Below are positions 28,994-41,144 of a stretch of DNA of 64,000 bases, piece by piece. Within the stretch, counting starts at the first letter, position 1, and every line of letters begins with the position of its first letter. The notes beneath the pieces were generated by a model. It was not told the origin of the DNA. It was given only the letters and a program-made list of their open reading frames with translations, and made no database searches. The DNA lies in assembly GCA_964447205.1 (NCBI GenBank), contig CAYUSB010000023.1, positions 21,614 through 85,613 on the forward strand, written 5' to 3'. The stretch is from an uncultured Myxococcaceae bacterium. Lineage in GTDB: Bacteria > Myxococcota_A > Polyangia > Polyangiales > Ga0077539. The position numbers and the translations under genes were made by a program.

Positions 28994-31705
28994 TCACCCG
29001 CCGATCACGGAGAACACCTGCTGCAACGCCGCGTCGAGTCGGCTCGCGTCCGGGCCTCCCGCCGCGGCCATGTCGGGCCGGCCGCCGCCGCGACCGCCCA
29101 CGCGCTCGGCGAGCTTGCCCACGAGCTTGCCCGCGTGGAAGCGGGCCGTGAGCTCCTTCGAGACCGCCACCAGGAGCACGGCCTTGCCCTCCGGGGTGGC
29201 CGCCCCGAGCACCACCAGGGCGGGGCTGTGCTTGTCCCGGAGGTGATCGGCGTACTCTCGCAGGGCCTTGTCCTCGTGCACCGGAGCCCGGGCCACCACC
29301 ACCGACCCGCCCCCCTCCAGGGGCTGCACCTGCACGGCCCCGCCCGACCCCCCGCCCGTCAGGAGCTGGCGCTTGAGGGCCTCGACCTCGCGCTGGAGCT
29401 CGCGCTGATGGTCCAGGGTCTTGTCGATGCGCCCCACCAGCTCGGCCACGGGGGCCTTGAGGGCGTTGGCGGCCCGCTGGAGGGTGGCGGCCTGGGCCCG
29501 GAAGAGGCTGAGGGCCCCGAGGCCCGTGACGGCCTCGATGCGGCGCACCCCGGCCCCGAGGTTGGCGTCGCTCACGAGCCGGAAGAGGCCGATGTCGCCC
29601 GTGGCCGCGGCGTGGGTCCCGCCGCAGAGCTCGACGCTCTCGTGGCCGATGTGGAGCATGCGCACGGAGTCGCCGTACTTCTCCTCGAAGATCATCATGG
29701 CCCCGCGGGCCCGGGCCTCGGCCTGGGAGGTCACCTCGGTACGCACCGGGAGGTTGGCCAGGACCTCGCGGTTGACGAGGTCTTCGATGCGGGCGATCTG
29801 GTCGTCGGTGAGGGGCTCCGACCCGGCGTAGTCGAAGCGCAGCCCCGCGGGGCCGACCTTCGAGCCCTTCTGTTGGGCGTGCGGGCCGAGCACCTTGCGC
29901 AGGGCCCAATGGAGGAGGTGCGTGGCCGTGTGGTTGCGCCGGGTGGCGTCGCGGGCCTCGACGTCCACTCCGAGGGAGACCGTGTCGCCGACCTGGAGGC
30001 CTCCCGCGGTCACGGCCCCGAGGTGCACGACGAGGCCCGTGACGGGCCGCTGGGTGTCGCGTACGACGAAGCGGCCGCCCCCGGGGGTGGTCATCTCGCC
30101 CACGTCGCCCACCTGGCCCCCGGCCTCGCCGTAGAAGGGCGTCTCCGCGACGATCACCTGAGCCTCCTCGCCCGGGCCGAGGGCCTCGACGCGGCGCAGG
30201 CCCCCGGAGGGGTCTTCCGTGAGGAGGGCCACGACCGTGGACGTGGCGGCGGTGCGGTCGTAGCCGACGAAGCGTACGGGCCCCCCGAGGTCGGCCAGGA
30301 TCTCGCGGTGCTCGGGGCGGATCCGCTCCTCCTTGGAGACCCCCCCGTCGGAGGCCTCGCCCTTGGACAGCTCGCTGTGATGGGCCCGGGCCGCGGTGTA
30401 GCCCGCGAGGTCGACGGCAAACCCGCGCTCGCGCCCGAGGACCTCGGTGAGGTCGAGGGGGAAGCCGTAGGTGGCGTGCAGGTCGAAGGCCACGGCCCCC
30501 GGGAGCACCCGGGCCCCGGTGGGGTCGGTGGTCCAGCCGTCGAACTTCTCCAGGAGCCCGAGGCCCGTGGGGATGGTCTCGCGGAAGCGCTGGTCCTCGG
30601 CCCGGCACTGCTCGAGGATAAAATCGCGGTGCTGGACGAGCTCGGGGTAGGCCTTGCCGAGGCCCTCGATGGCGGCCTCGGCCATCGTGTGCAGGGTGGG
30701 GGTGCGCAGGCCCTGGAGGTAGGCGTGGCGGATGGCCCGGCGCATCACCGAGCGCAGGGCGGCCCCGCGGTCTTTGTTGGAGGGGGTGATGCCCTCGGCG
30801 AGGGACACCGCGGCCATGCGGGCGTGGTCGGCCAGGACCCTGCAGCCCACGTCGTGGGGGTCGTCGGTGCCGCCGTAGGGGCGCCCGGCGATGGTGGCCG
30901 CCCGCGCGACCAGGGGGCGTAGAAGGTCGGTGTCGTAGTTGGTGGTGACCCCCTGGAGGACGGCCGTGATGCGCTCCAGGCCCATCCCCGTGTCCACGCA
31001 GGGGGCGGGCAGGGGCACCAGGGGTCCGTCCTTCACAGCCCGGTTGAACTGCATAAACACCAGGTTCCAGATCTCCATCCAGCCGCGGCCGTCGGCGGTG
31101 GGCTCCTGGCCGAAGGTGGCCGGGTCGGGCTCCCCCTCGCCCATAAAACAGTGGATCTCCGTGCACGGTCCGCAGGGCCCGGTGTCGCCCATGGTCCAGA
31201 AGTTGTCGGCCCGTCCGAGGCCGAGGATGCGCCGGTCGTCGAAGCCCGTGACCTCCTTCCACAGGGCCCGGGCCTCGTCGTCGGCCGCGAGGCCGTCTTC
31301 GCCGCCGAAGACCGTGATGACCAGGCGCTCGGTGGGGATCTTCCACACGACGGTGAGCAGCTCCCAGGCGTAGGCGATGGCCTCGCGCTTGAAGTAGTCG
31401 CCGAAGGAGAAGTTGCCGAGCATCTCGAAGAAGGTGTGGTGCCGGGCGGTGCGCCCCACGTTCTCGAGGTCGTTGTGCTTGCCGCTCATGCGGATGCACT
31501 TCTGGCTGGAGGCGGCCCGGGTGTAGGGCCTCTTGTCGTGACCGAGGAAGACGTCCTTGAAGGGGACCATCCCGGCGTTGGTGAAGAGCAGGGTGGGGTC
31601 GTTGCGCGGGATCACCCCGGCGCTCGGGACCACCGCGTGGCCTCGCTGCCGGAAGAAGTCGAGGAAGGTCGCGCGGATCGAATCAGAGGTGGGTCGTGAC
31701 GACAT
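28994..31705 (-). CDS. alaS: Alanine--tRNA ligase
   Basis: FTNAGMVPFK, VGRTARHHTFFEMLGNFSFGDYFK, GPCGPCTEI, EIWNLVFMQF, DTGMGLER, FYGEAGGQVGD, RRNHTATHLLH, ELCGGTH, GGRGGGRPDMAAAGG. Start could be 31726. Confidence 0.98.
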   Translation of the reverse strand: MSSRPTSDSIRATFLDFFRQRGHAVVPSAGVIPRNDPTLLFTNAGMVPFKDVFLGHDKRPYTRAASSQKCIRMSGKHNDLENVGRTARHHTFFEMLGNFSFGDYFKREAIAYAWELLTVVWKIPTERLVITVFGGEDGLAADDEARALWKEVTGFDDRRILGLGRADNFWTMGDTGPCGPCTEIHCFMGEGEPDPATFGQEPTADGRGWMEIWNLVFMQFNRAVKDGPLVPLPAPCVDTGMGLERITAVLQGVTTNYDTDLLRPLVARAATIAGRPYGGTDDPHDVGCRVLADHARMAAVSLAEGITPSNKDRGAALRSVMRRAIRHAYLQGLRTPTLHTMAEAAIEGLGKAYPELVQHRDFILEQCRAEDQRFRETIPTGLGLLEKFDGWTTDPTGARVLPGAVAFDLHATYGFPLDLTEVLGRERGFAVDLAGYTAARAHHSELSKGEASDGGVSKEERIRPEHREILADLGGPVRFVGYDRTAATSTVVALLTEDPSGGLRRVEALGPGEEAQVIVAETPFYGEAGGQVGDVGEMTTPGGGRFVVRDTQRPVTGLVVHLGAVTAGGLQVGDTVSLGVDVEARDATRRNHTATHLLHWALRKVLGPHAQQKGSKVGPAGLRFDYAGSEPLTDDQIARIEDLVNREVLANLPVRTEVTSQAEARARGAMMIFEEKYGDSVRMLHIGHESVELCGGTHAAATGDIGLFRLVSDANLGAGVRRIEAVTGLGALSLFRAQAATLQRAANALKAPVAELVGRIDKTLDHQRELQREVEALKRQLLTGGGSGGAVQVQPLEGGGSVVVARAPVHEDKALREYADHLRDKHSPALVVLGAATPEGKAVLLVAVSKELTARFHAGKLVGKLAERVGGRGGGRPDMAAAGGPDASRLDAALQQVFSVIGG

Positions 31706-31767
31706 GATGGCTTCGGCCCGAACCATACACCACCCGCGGCCCAGCGCCCGCTGCCGCAGTGCCCCCG

Positions 31768-33300
31768 TCAGCGTCCCGCGAAGGGGTCGGCCGGACGTCC
31801 CGAGCCTTCGGGCCGTTGGGGCCTGCGCCTGTCGGTCCCGCGGGCGGGGGGATCCCCCTCGGGGGCTGGGCTCGCCGCGGGGGCCTCGGACCCGAAGGTG
31901 TACGTGGCGCTGAGGGTGTAGCGGGTGAAGTCATCGACGGCGTCGCTGCCCGTGCCCAGGGCCGAGGGGCCGGCGTAGGCCGTGCGGTAGCGCACCCACT
32001 CGGCGGTGGCCCGCAGCCCGAAGCCCGGGGTGAGCCGGTCGAGGCGCAGCCCGAGGCCAAACCAGGCCCCGAGGGCCACGGTGGTGGCGGGGTTTTGCCC
32101 GAAGGCGGCCTTCATCTCCGAGCCGATCCCGACCACCCGGAGCTCACCGCCGAAGAGGGCGTCGAAGCCCAGGCCAGGGGTCACCACCAGGGGGAGCTGC
32201 CCCTCCCCGGCCACCCGCAGGCCGATGTACGTCGTCGAGGCGAGCTGAAGCTCGGGGGCGAGCTGCGACGTGTCGAGGCTGAACGACTGGTACACCAGCC
32301 CCACCCCCAGGCTCATGGCCCCGCCCCCCGGGGTGCGCCGCGTATACTGCGGCCCGGCCAGGACCTGCACCGCCGTGGTCGACAGGCTCACCACCCGGCC
32401 GTCCTGGGCTCTGCCCTGCGACGACAGGGCCACGGGGATGGCCACCTGGAGGTCGAAGCCCAGGGCGTGTTGCCCCCGGCCGAAGGGGTACCGCAGGGTG
32501 GCCCCGGCCTGGAGCTCGCCGTACAGGTTGTTCTCGTAGCCCCGGGGGGTGCGCTCGCCGAGGATGGGCACCCGCCACGAGCGGCCCGCCACCCCGCCTC
32601 CGGCCCGCAAGGTCAGAAAGCCCAATCCCCCGTCGGATCCGGCCTCCGCGGGCCCAGGCCCGGGCCCTGTGCTGGGAGAGGCTCCGGCGGGGCCTCCTCC
32701 CGCGGGGCCGTTGCCGGAGGCGGTCGCGGGCGGGATGGGCCTCGGGTCGGTCGGGGCCCCGGGGCCGGTCGAGGGGCCTCGGGGGGAGGCGGGCCCGTCG
32801 ACGTGGAAGTAGCCGTGGAGCTGGTCCCACATCTCGGTGCTGAAGGCGCTGAGCTCCTCGATGCGGTCAAACTCCCAGGCCGCCGACCCGACGGTCTGGC
32901 CGTCGCGACCGCGGAGCACCCGGAGCTGGAGGCGGAGCCCGCGGCCGCGGCGCTCGAGGGCCCCCACGATGAGGTAGTCGAGGCGCAGGGTGCGGGCCAC
33001 GGTGGTGATGGCGTCGGGGTCGGTGCGACTGGCGAGCCCGAGGCGCTCGGCGGCGGCGTTGAGCTCCGTGGCCGACACCAGCTCGATCTCGCCCACGTGG
33101 TCGGCGAAGGCCGAGGCCACGGTGCCGCGGGTGATGGCCGAGCGCTCCCCCTCAAAGGCCCCCACCGCGATGCGCGGAACCCGGGTCTGCCCCCACGCCG
33201 AGGCCCCCGTGGCGGCGGTGGTGGCCCCCCCCAGGACCATCCCCCCCACGAGCCCCCAAAGCGCCTTGAGGGCGAAGCCCCTGACCCACGCGACCGTCAT
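31768..33300 (-). CDS. Hypothetical exported protein: N-terminal alpha/beta domain, Pro/Gly linker, C-terminal beta-barrel-like domain
   Basis: Signal-like N-terminus ending AWG, VGAFEG domain, amphipathic strands ending LSATYTF plus a Pro-rich tail; TGaTAGGGT 8 nt before ATG 33300. Confidence 0.6.
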   Translation of the reverse strand: MTVAWVRGFALKALWGLVGGMVLGGATTAATGASAWGQTRVPRIAVGAFEGERSAITRGTVASAFADHVGEIELVSATELNAAAERLGLASRTDPDAITTVARTLRLDYLIVGALERRGRGLRLQLRVLRGRDGQTVGSAAWEFDRIEELSAFSTEMWDQLHGYFHVDGPASPRGPSTGPGAPTDPRPIPPATASGNGPAGGGPAGASPSTGPGPGPAEAGSDGGLGFLTLRAGGGVAGRSWRVPILGERTPRGYENNLYGELQAGATLRYPFGRGQHALGFDLQVAIPVALSSQGRAQDGRVVSLSTTAVQVLAGPQYTRRTPGGGAMSLGVGLVYQSFSLDTSQLAPELQLASTTYIGLRVAGEGQLPLVVTPGLGFDALFGGELRVVGIGSEMKAAFGQNPATTVALGAWFGLGLRLDRLTPGFGLRATAEWVRYRTAYAGPSALGTGSDAVDDFTRYTLSATYTFGSEAPAASPAPEGDPPARGTDRRRPQRPEGSGRPADPFAGR

Positions 33301-33346
33301 CGGCGGGCACCCTATCACGAGTGCAGGGCCCGTCCCCCCGCGGTTT

Positions 33347-33528
33347 AGGAGCCTCCGGACATCAACGCCTTCATTCGCGTCCCGCCCGCCGGTCGCCCTG
33401 CGGCTTTCCTCCTCGCTCGACTCCCGCGGCGTGGCCGGGCTACGCCTTGGTCGCTCGCTCCGGGGGCGCTCGCAGGATCGACGCGACGGATCGGGCGCGA
33501 ATGAAGACGTTGATGTCCGGAGGCTCCT
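33347..33528. mobile_element. MITE-like or structured element with 33-bp terminal inverted repeats
   Basis: AGGAGCCTCCGGACATCAACGCCTTCATTCGCG (33347-33379) and CGCGAATGAAGACGTTGATGTCCGGAGGCTCCT (33496-33528) differ by 1 mismatch; pairing continues inward (CCTGCG/CGCAGG, GGCGTGGC/GCTACGCC). Confidence 0.65.
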
Positions 33529-33905
33529 CAGCCCGCGAAGCGCATGGGATCTTGCACGAGGCGCCACACCATCCGCGCCCCGGGGCTGTCGGGGGCGAGG
33601 CCCAGCTTGCGGAGCTGCCGGGCGTGAAAGGCCGCCCGCCCCGAGGGGTCGAGGGCCACCAGCTCGTCGAAGGCCACGGACGTCGCCCCGTCGCTGGCCG
33701 TGAGGGCCGCCTCGTCGTCAAACTCCGAGGTGTCTCCGTCGTCGTCGTCGTCGTGGGACCGGGCGTTGGAGGGGGGCGGGGCGGGGATGTGGTCGATCAT
33801 CCACAGGTCGTCGTAGCGCTGAAACACCAGGAGGGCCCCGTCGAGGGGGTGCATCACCGTCGTCGCGTGAGACCCGTGTGCCTGCATCGTGCCGCCGTCT
33901 GCCAT
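33528..33905 (-). CDS. Small acidic hypothetical protein
   Basis: GGAGG SD 6 nt before ATG 33905 (MADGGTMQAHG...); poly-Asp tract; 3' end of the 33528-35297 ORF; stop codon abuts the IR element. Confidence 0.5.
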   Translation of the reverse strand: MADGGTMQAHGSHATTVMHPLDGALLVFQRYDDLWMIDHIPAPPPSNARSHDDDDDGDTSEFDDEAALTASDGATSVAFDELVALDPSGRAAFHARQLRKLGLAPDSPGARMVWRLVQDPMRFAG

Positions 33906-34049
33906 CGTCGCCTCCGTAGTGCCCATCGCCCCGAACACCCGCCCGCAGGCGGTGACTGAACACTTGCACAGCATCTCTTCCGTGGCAACGGCTTTTCGTG
34001 CGGTCGGAGGAGAGTTGCTCCGGGGCCCCTGGGCGGGATACTCCGGGCG

Positions 34050-35351
34050 GTGCCCTTGATGGACCCCCCGCCCGTGATCCCTCCGCGCCCGATGCGTCCG
34101 CTGCGTCTGGTGACCCCTACGGCCCCGCGACGGGCCTTTCTGCCGTGGATCGTGCTCGGGGTGATGGGGGCCACGGCCTACTATTTCCGCGACCTCCTCT
34201 TGCTGGTGGGGGTGGCCTTCGGCATCGCCTACGTGCTGGAGCCCCTGGTCGAGCGGCTGCAACGGCGGCGGGTCCCGCGTCCCCTGGCCATCGGGCTCGT
34301 GCTCCTGGGGGTGTGCGTGGCCATGACCCTCACCGTGGTGCTGGTCCTGCCCGACATCGTGCGGCAGCTCACCGAGCTGGCGGTGGTCCTGCCGAACAAG
34401 GTGCGCACCGAGTGGATCCCCTGGGCCAACCACGGGCTCGAGCACCTGCGGCAGCGGTATCACCTGCGCATCCCCACCACGGCCGACGCCTGGATCAACC
34501 AGCTCGGCACCCGCAGCGAGATCGCCTCGCGCAGCATGTCGATGGTGCAGTCGGCGGCCAGCGCGAGCATCTCCGTGCTCGGCCTCGTGCTGGAGGGCGT
34601 CATCGTGCTGGCGATGGCGTTCTACTTCATCTCCGACTGGCACCGGATCGTGGCCGGGGCCATGGGCCTCGTGCCGCGGCGGGCCGAGGGGGAGGTGCGC
34701 CGCATCGTGCACAACGTCGACCTCGCCCTCGGGAGCTATTTCCGCGGCCAGGGCCTCGCCATGCTCGTGCTCGGGTGCCTCTTCTCCCTCGGCCTCGGGG
34801 CCCTCGGGGTTCCGGGGGGCGTGGCCCTGGGGATCTTCGCCGGGCTCATCACCTTCATCCCCTACCTCGGCTTCCTCATCGCCATGGCTCTGGCCATCCT
34901 CTTTGCCTCCCTCGACGGGGGCGGGCTCGGCCACGTCCTGGCCGTGGTGGCCTACATGATGTTTGTCCACGTCCTCGACATCACCCTCGTGACCCCGCGC
35001 ATCCTGGGGCGCAGCATCGGTCTGTCGCCCGTGGCGGTGATCGTCTCGCTCCTCGCCGGGGCGCGCCTTTTGGGCTTCACCGGCCTCGTCCTGGCCATCC
35101 CCGTGGCCTCGGTGTGCACCGTCCTCATGGGCGAGCTCGTGCGCTTCTACAAGTCGACCGGCTTCTACGCGGCCCTGCCCGCCTCGGTGGAGCCCAACGA
35201 GGTCGACGTGGCCTTCGTCCACATGACCTCCGCCGACGCAGGGCCCGAAGGGGCGGTCCCCGTCGTGCGCGACATCACGGCCCGCATCACCCACCACGAC
35301 GGATCGCCCCGCGAACCGGTCGCGCCACCCCCCCCCGAGAGCCTGCCATGA
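34050..35351 (+). CDS. AI-2E family transporter (PurR-regulated permease/TqsA-like)
   Basis: AYVLEPLV..L, FYFISD, GSYFRGQ, FIPYLG, TPRILGRSIGLSPVAVIVSLLAGARLLGFTGLVLAIP. Confidence 0.93.
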   Translation: MPLMDPPPVIPPRPMRPLRLVTPTAPRRAFLPWIVLGVMGATAYYFRDLLLLVGVAFGIAYVLEPLVERLQRRRVPRPLAIGLVLLGVCVAMTLTVVLVLPDIVRQLTELAVVLPNKVRTEWIPWANHGLEHLRQRYHLRIPTTADAWINQLGTRSEIASRSMSMVQSAASASISVLGLVLEGVIVLAMAFYFISDWHRIVAGAMGLVPRRAEGEVRRIVHNVDLALGSYFRGQGLAMLVLGCLFSLGLGALGVPGGVALGIFAGLITFIPYLGFLIAMALAILFASLDGGGLGHVLAVVAYMMFVHVLDITLVTPRILGRSIGLSPVAVIVSLLAGARLLGFTGLVLAIPVASVCTVLMGELVRFYKSTGFYAALPASVEPNEVDVAFVHMTSADAGPEGAVPVVRDITARITHHDGSPREPVAPPPPESLP

Positions 35352-36127
35352 CCGGATTCCGCGTCGAAGACCGCGACCATACGCGGTGGATCATCCTCGA
35401 CCGCCCCAACCGCCGCAACGCCCTCATCCCGCCGATGCTCGCGGGCATGACGGCCGCGGTGAGCTCGGCCCACACCGACGGCCAGCGGGCCATCGCCCTC
35501 AGCGGCGAGGAGGGGGCCTTCTGCGCCGGGGCCGACCTGCGATGGGCCGCCGAGCAGGGGCCCGAGTTCTTCAACAACCTTGACGACCACCTCGCGCGTT
35601 ACCAGAAGCTCGTGCGGGCCCTGGTCGACTCGCCCCTGCCCACCCTGGCCGTCCTCGACGGGGCCGCCTTCGGCTTCGGGGCCGACCTGGCCCTCGCCTG
35701 CGACCTCCGGGTGGCCTCCGACCGGGCTTATTTCCAAGAGGGTTTCGTGCGCATCGGCCTCCTCCCCGACGGGGGCGGGACGTGGATGCTCCCCCGCCTC
35801 GTGGGGCTCTCCAAGGCCCTCGAGCTGGCCCTCCTCGGCGAGCGCCTGCCCGCCGAAGAGGCCCGCCGCATCGGGCTCGTCACCCGGGTCGTGCGCACCG
35901 AGGCCCTGCAAGGCACCGCGGCCGACATCCTGCGCTCCCTCGCCCTCGGGCCGCCCCTCGCCCTCGGGCACATCAAGCGCCTCATGCGGGCCGGGCTCAG
36001 CCGCCCCTTCGACGAGGCCCTCGCCGCGGAGGGCATGGCCCAGCTCGAGTGCCTGCGCAGCGCCGACTGCGCCGAAGGGATCGTGGCCTTCTTCGGCAAA
36101 CGCCCCGCACGGTTCGAGGGCCGGTGA
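35348..36127 (+). CDS. Enoyl-CoA hydratase/isomerase (crotonase family)
   Basis: IILDRPNRRNAL, AFCAGADL, VLDGAAFGFGADLALACD, RIGLLPDGG, EGIVAFFGKR; coupled by ATGA overlap. Confidence 0.93.
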   Translation: MTGFRVEDRDHTRWIILDRPNRRNALIPPMLAGMTAAVSSAHTDGQRAIALSGEEGAFCAGADLRWAAEQGPEFFNNLDDHLARYQKLVRALVDSPLPTLAVLDGAAFGFGADLALACDLRVASDRAYFQEGFVRIGLLPDGGGTWMLPRLVGLSKALELALLGERLPAEEARRIGLVTRVVRTEALQGTAADILRSLALGPPLALGHIKRLMRAGLSRPFDEALAAEGMAQLECLRSADCAEGIVAFFGKRPARFEGR

Positions 36128-38391
36128 TCGCTGCGTCGCGCCGGGCCGCGGCGGCCCTGGGGGGGGCCGTCTGGGCCTCCCTCCTGGTGGGCCTCGCGAT
36201 GGCCTTCCCGGCCGCCGCGGGGCAGGGCCTGGCCACGGCGTGGCGGGCCGCGGGCCTCCTGAGCCTCCTCGGGCTCGCGGTGGGGACGGCCCTGGCCCTC
36301 GGGGCCGCCCTGGGGCTCTCCGCGGGGCTACGGGGGCGGGTGCGGGACAGGGTCGAGGCCCACCCCCAGACGGTGGGGGCCGTGGCCCTGGTGCTCCCCG
36401 CGGCCGCCATCCTGTGGCTCGGGGTGGTGACCTCCCTGGGGCGGTTCTTCTTCACGGCGTTTCATCACGTGGGCCTGGCCGTCATGGCCCAGGGGGTGAC
36501 CCTCCTCGGGGTGACCCTCCTGGCCGTCGCGGCCACGGGCGCGATGGTGGCGTGGGTGCGGCCCTTCCTGCGGGCCGGGGGCTCCGTCGGGCGGGTCCTG
36601 GTCACCCCCCTCGCCGCGGGCGTCCTCCTGGCCCTGGCCCTCTTCGCCCACGGGGTGTTCTGGGGCAACGAGCACGGGACCTTCGTCCTGCGGGCCCTCG
36701 TCCTGAGCCCCTTCGGGGTGCTCAAAAAACCCGAGCTCGACCTCACCCCCGCCCTCCAGCTCGGGGCCGTGGTGCTCCTCGGGGCCCTCCTGGCCTGGCT
36801 CACCCGCCGACGGCCTTGGGTCTCCCTGGCCGTGGCCCTCGGGCTCTCAGGGCTCCTCCTGGGTCTCAACGCCGCCCGCTTCGGCGACCACCCCGTGGCC
36901 GCCACCCTCGACGCCCGCCCCTCCCTGGCCCGCGCCTCCCTGCGCCTCCTGCGGGCCTGGACCGACCGCGACCGCGACGGGTTCGCCCGCCACTTCGGCG
37001 GCGGCGACTGCAACGACCGCGACCCGGCCATCAACCCCGACGCCGTCGACCGCCCCGGCAACGGCGTGGACGAAGACTGCTCCGGGGCCGACGCCCGACC
37101 GCGCCCTGCCGCGTCCTCTCCGCTCCCTGCGCGGCCCTCCCCCGACGCCGGGGTCGCCCGGGGGCCCGACCCGACGGCCCGCGTCGAGACCGACGCCGGG
37201 GTCGCACCGGGCACCGGCCCCGACGGAGGCACGGGGGCCGAGGGGTTCAACCTCGTGTTCATCACGGTCGACACCCTGCGGTGGGACCTGCACTACGCGG
37301 GAAACCCCAACCCCATCTCGCCCAACCTCGACCGGCTCGCCGCGCAGTCCGTGGTGTTCGACCGGGGCTACGCCCTGTCCTCGTACACGGGGCGGGCCAT
37401 CGGCCCCTTGATGGCCGGGCGCTACCCCACCGAGTGCCCCCGCGACGGGGCCCACTTCACGCGGTACCTGCCCGACAACGTCTTCCTCGCCGAGCGGGCC
37501 AAGGACGCGGGGTTTCACACCTTCGGGGCCGCCTCCCACTTCTACTTCGAGCGGCGCTACGGGCTCTCCCAGGGGGTCGACGCGTGGGACGTCTCGGCCA
37601 TCCCCGGGGGCGACCGCCAGGAGACCACCTTCAACGACCACCGGGTGGCCGACCGGGTCATCGCCATGCTCCGCGACCCGGAGATGACCCGCGGGCGCTT
37701 CATGCTCTGGGCCCACTTCTTCGACCCCCACAAGCTGTACGTCGACCACCCCGACCTGCCCTTGTTCGGCCGCGGGGAGAGGGCCCGGTACGAGCGCGAG
37801 GTGATGTTCACCGACGCCCAGATCGGGCGGCTCCTCGACGCCCTCGACGCCCTCCCGGGGGGAGTGGGGCGACGCACCGTGGTGGTGGTCACGGCCGACC
37901 ACGGGGAGGCCTTCAACGAACACGGGATGTCCTGGCACGGGGTCGAGCTGTGGGAAGAGCTCGTGCGGGTCCCGTGGCTGATGCGGGTCCCCGGCGTCGC
38001 CCCCCGGCGCGTGACCGAACCGCGCGGCCACATCGACCTCGCCCCCACCCTGGTCGAGCTCCTGGGCCTGCGTCCGCCCGCCTCCGAGGCCCCCGACGCC
38101 TTCTCGGGGGTGAGCCTCGTGCCCGACCTGCACGGCCGCCCGGCCCCGCCCCGGCCCCTCTACATCGAGCTCCCCGAGGGGCCCTACAACAGCATGCGAC
38201 GCAGCGTGATCGTCGGGACCTGGAAGCTCATCGAGCGGGGGGTGCGGCGCTTCGAGCTGTACGACCTCGCGGCCGACCCGGGCGAGCGCACCAACCTCGC
38301 GGCGACCCGGCCTGACGCGCTGGCCCGGATGCAGACCGAGCTGGAGACCGTACGCTCGGGGCTGCGGGTGGTGGCGCCTACCGTGCGGTAG
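36124..38391 (+). CDS. Membrane-anchored sulfatase/LTA-synthase-like hydrolase with MopE-type Cys/Asp metal-binding repeat
   Basis: Multiple N-terminal TM helices; DRDRDGF..DCNDRDPAINP..NGVDEDC; ITVDTLRWD, SSYTGRAIGP, HFFDPH, TADHGE; GTGA overlap with the crotonase. Confidence 0.85.
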   Translation: MIAASRRAAAALGGAVWASLLVGLAMAFPAAAGQGLATAWRAAGLLSLLGLAVGTALALGAALGLSAGLRGRVRDRVEAHPQTVGAVALVLPAAAILWLGVVTSLGRFFFTAFHHVGLAVMAQGVTLLGVTLLAVAATGAMVAWVRPFLRAGGSVGRVLVTPLAAGVLLALALFAHGVFWGNEHGTFVLRALVLSPFGVLKKPELDLTPALQLGAVVLLGALLAWLTRRRPWVSLAVALGLSGLLLGLNAARFGDHPVAATLDARPSLARASLRLLRAWTDRDRDGFARHFGGGDCNDRDPAINPDAVDRPGNGVDEDCSGADARPRPAASSPLPARPSPDAGVARGPDPTARVETDAGVAPGTGPDGGTGAEGFNLVFITVDTLRWDLHYAGNPNPISPNLDRLAAQSVVFDRGYALSSYTGRAIGPLMAGRYPTECPRDGAHFTRYLPDNVFLAERAKDAGFHTFGAASHFYFERRYGLSQGVDAWDVSAIPGGDRQETTFNDHRVADRVIAMLRDPEMTRGRFMLWAHFFDPHKLYVDHPDLPLFGRGERARYEREVMFTDAQIGRLLDALDALPGGVGRRTVVVVTADHGEAFNEHGMSWHGVELWEELVRVPWLMRVPGVAPRRVTEPRGHIDLAPTLVELLGLRPPASEAPDAFSGVSLVPDLHGRPAPPRPLYIELPEGPYNSMRRSVIVGTWKLIERGVRRFELYDLAADPGERTNLAATRPDALARMQTELETVRSGLRVVAPTVR

Positions 38392-38397
38392 GGGGCG

Positions 38398-39180
38398 CTA
38401 CTTCCCGCGGGGGGCGATGTTGTGGCGGGAGGTGATCGTGGCGGCGAGGTGATCGCGGTTCATCCGGGCGATGAAGTCGATGCTGATCCCTTTGGGGCAT
38501 GCGGCCTCGCACTCGCCGTGTTGGGTGCACGACCCGAAGAGTTCGGCGTCGTGTTGGGCCACCATCTTGCGCACCCGATCCTCGCGCTCGGGCTGCCCCT
38601 GCGGCAGGAGGCCCAGGTGGGCGATCTTGGCCGCCGTAAACAGGCTCCCCGAGGCGTTGGGGCAGGCCGCCACGCATGCCCCGCACCCGATGCAGGCCGC
38701 GGCGTCCATGGCCAGATCGGCGTTCTCCTTGGGGACGGCGATCTCGTTGGCGTCGGGGGCCGACCCGGTGCGCACGGAGATGTATCCCCCTGCCTGCACG
38801 ATGCGGTCGAGGGCCCCGCGGTTGACCACGAGGTCTTTCACCAGGGTGAAGGCCGCGGCCCGCCAGGGCTCGACCCAGATCTCGTCGCCGTCATTGAACA
38901 CCCGCATGTGGAGCTGGCAGGTGGTGGTGGCCTTGCGGGGGCCGTGGGCCATCCCGTTGATCATCACCCCGCAGGCCCCGCAGATGCCCTCGCGGCAGTC
39001 GTGGTCGAAGGCCACGGGGTCTTCGTCCTTGGCCAGGAGCTGCTCGTTGAGCACGTCGAGCATCTCCAGGAAGGACATGTGGTCGTCGATGTCCTTGAGG
39101 GGATAGGTGACGAAATCCCCAGAGGCCGTGGGGCCCTTCTGGCGCCAGACGTGGAGCGTAAGGTTCAGCTTCTTGCTCAT
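38398..39180 (-). CDS. sdhB: Succinate dehydrogenase/fumarate reductase iron-sulfur subunit
   Basis: [38 protein letters not shown]. Confidence 0.96.
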   Translation of the reverse strand: MSKKLNLTLHVWRQKGPTASGDFVTYPLKDIDDHMSFLEMLDVLNEQLLAKDEDPVAFDHDCREGICGACGVMINGMAHGPRKATTTCQLHMRVFNDGDEIWVEPWRAAAFTLVKDLVVNRGALDRIVQAGGYISVRTGSAPDANEIAVPKENADLAMDAAACIGCGACVAACPNASGSLFTAAKIAHLGLLPQGQPEREDRVRKMVAQHDAELFGSCTQHGECEAACPKGISIDFIARMNRDHLAATITSRHNIAPRGK

Positions 39181-39181
39181 G

Positions 39182-41113
<1,932 letters not shown>

Positions 41114-41144
41114 CAGGGGTGTACCTTGAGCAGGGGCGGAGGGG

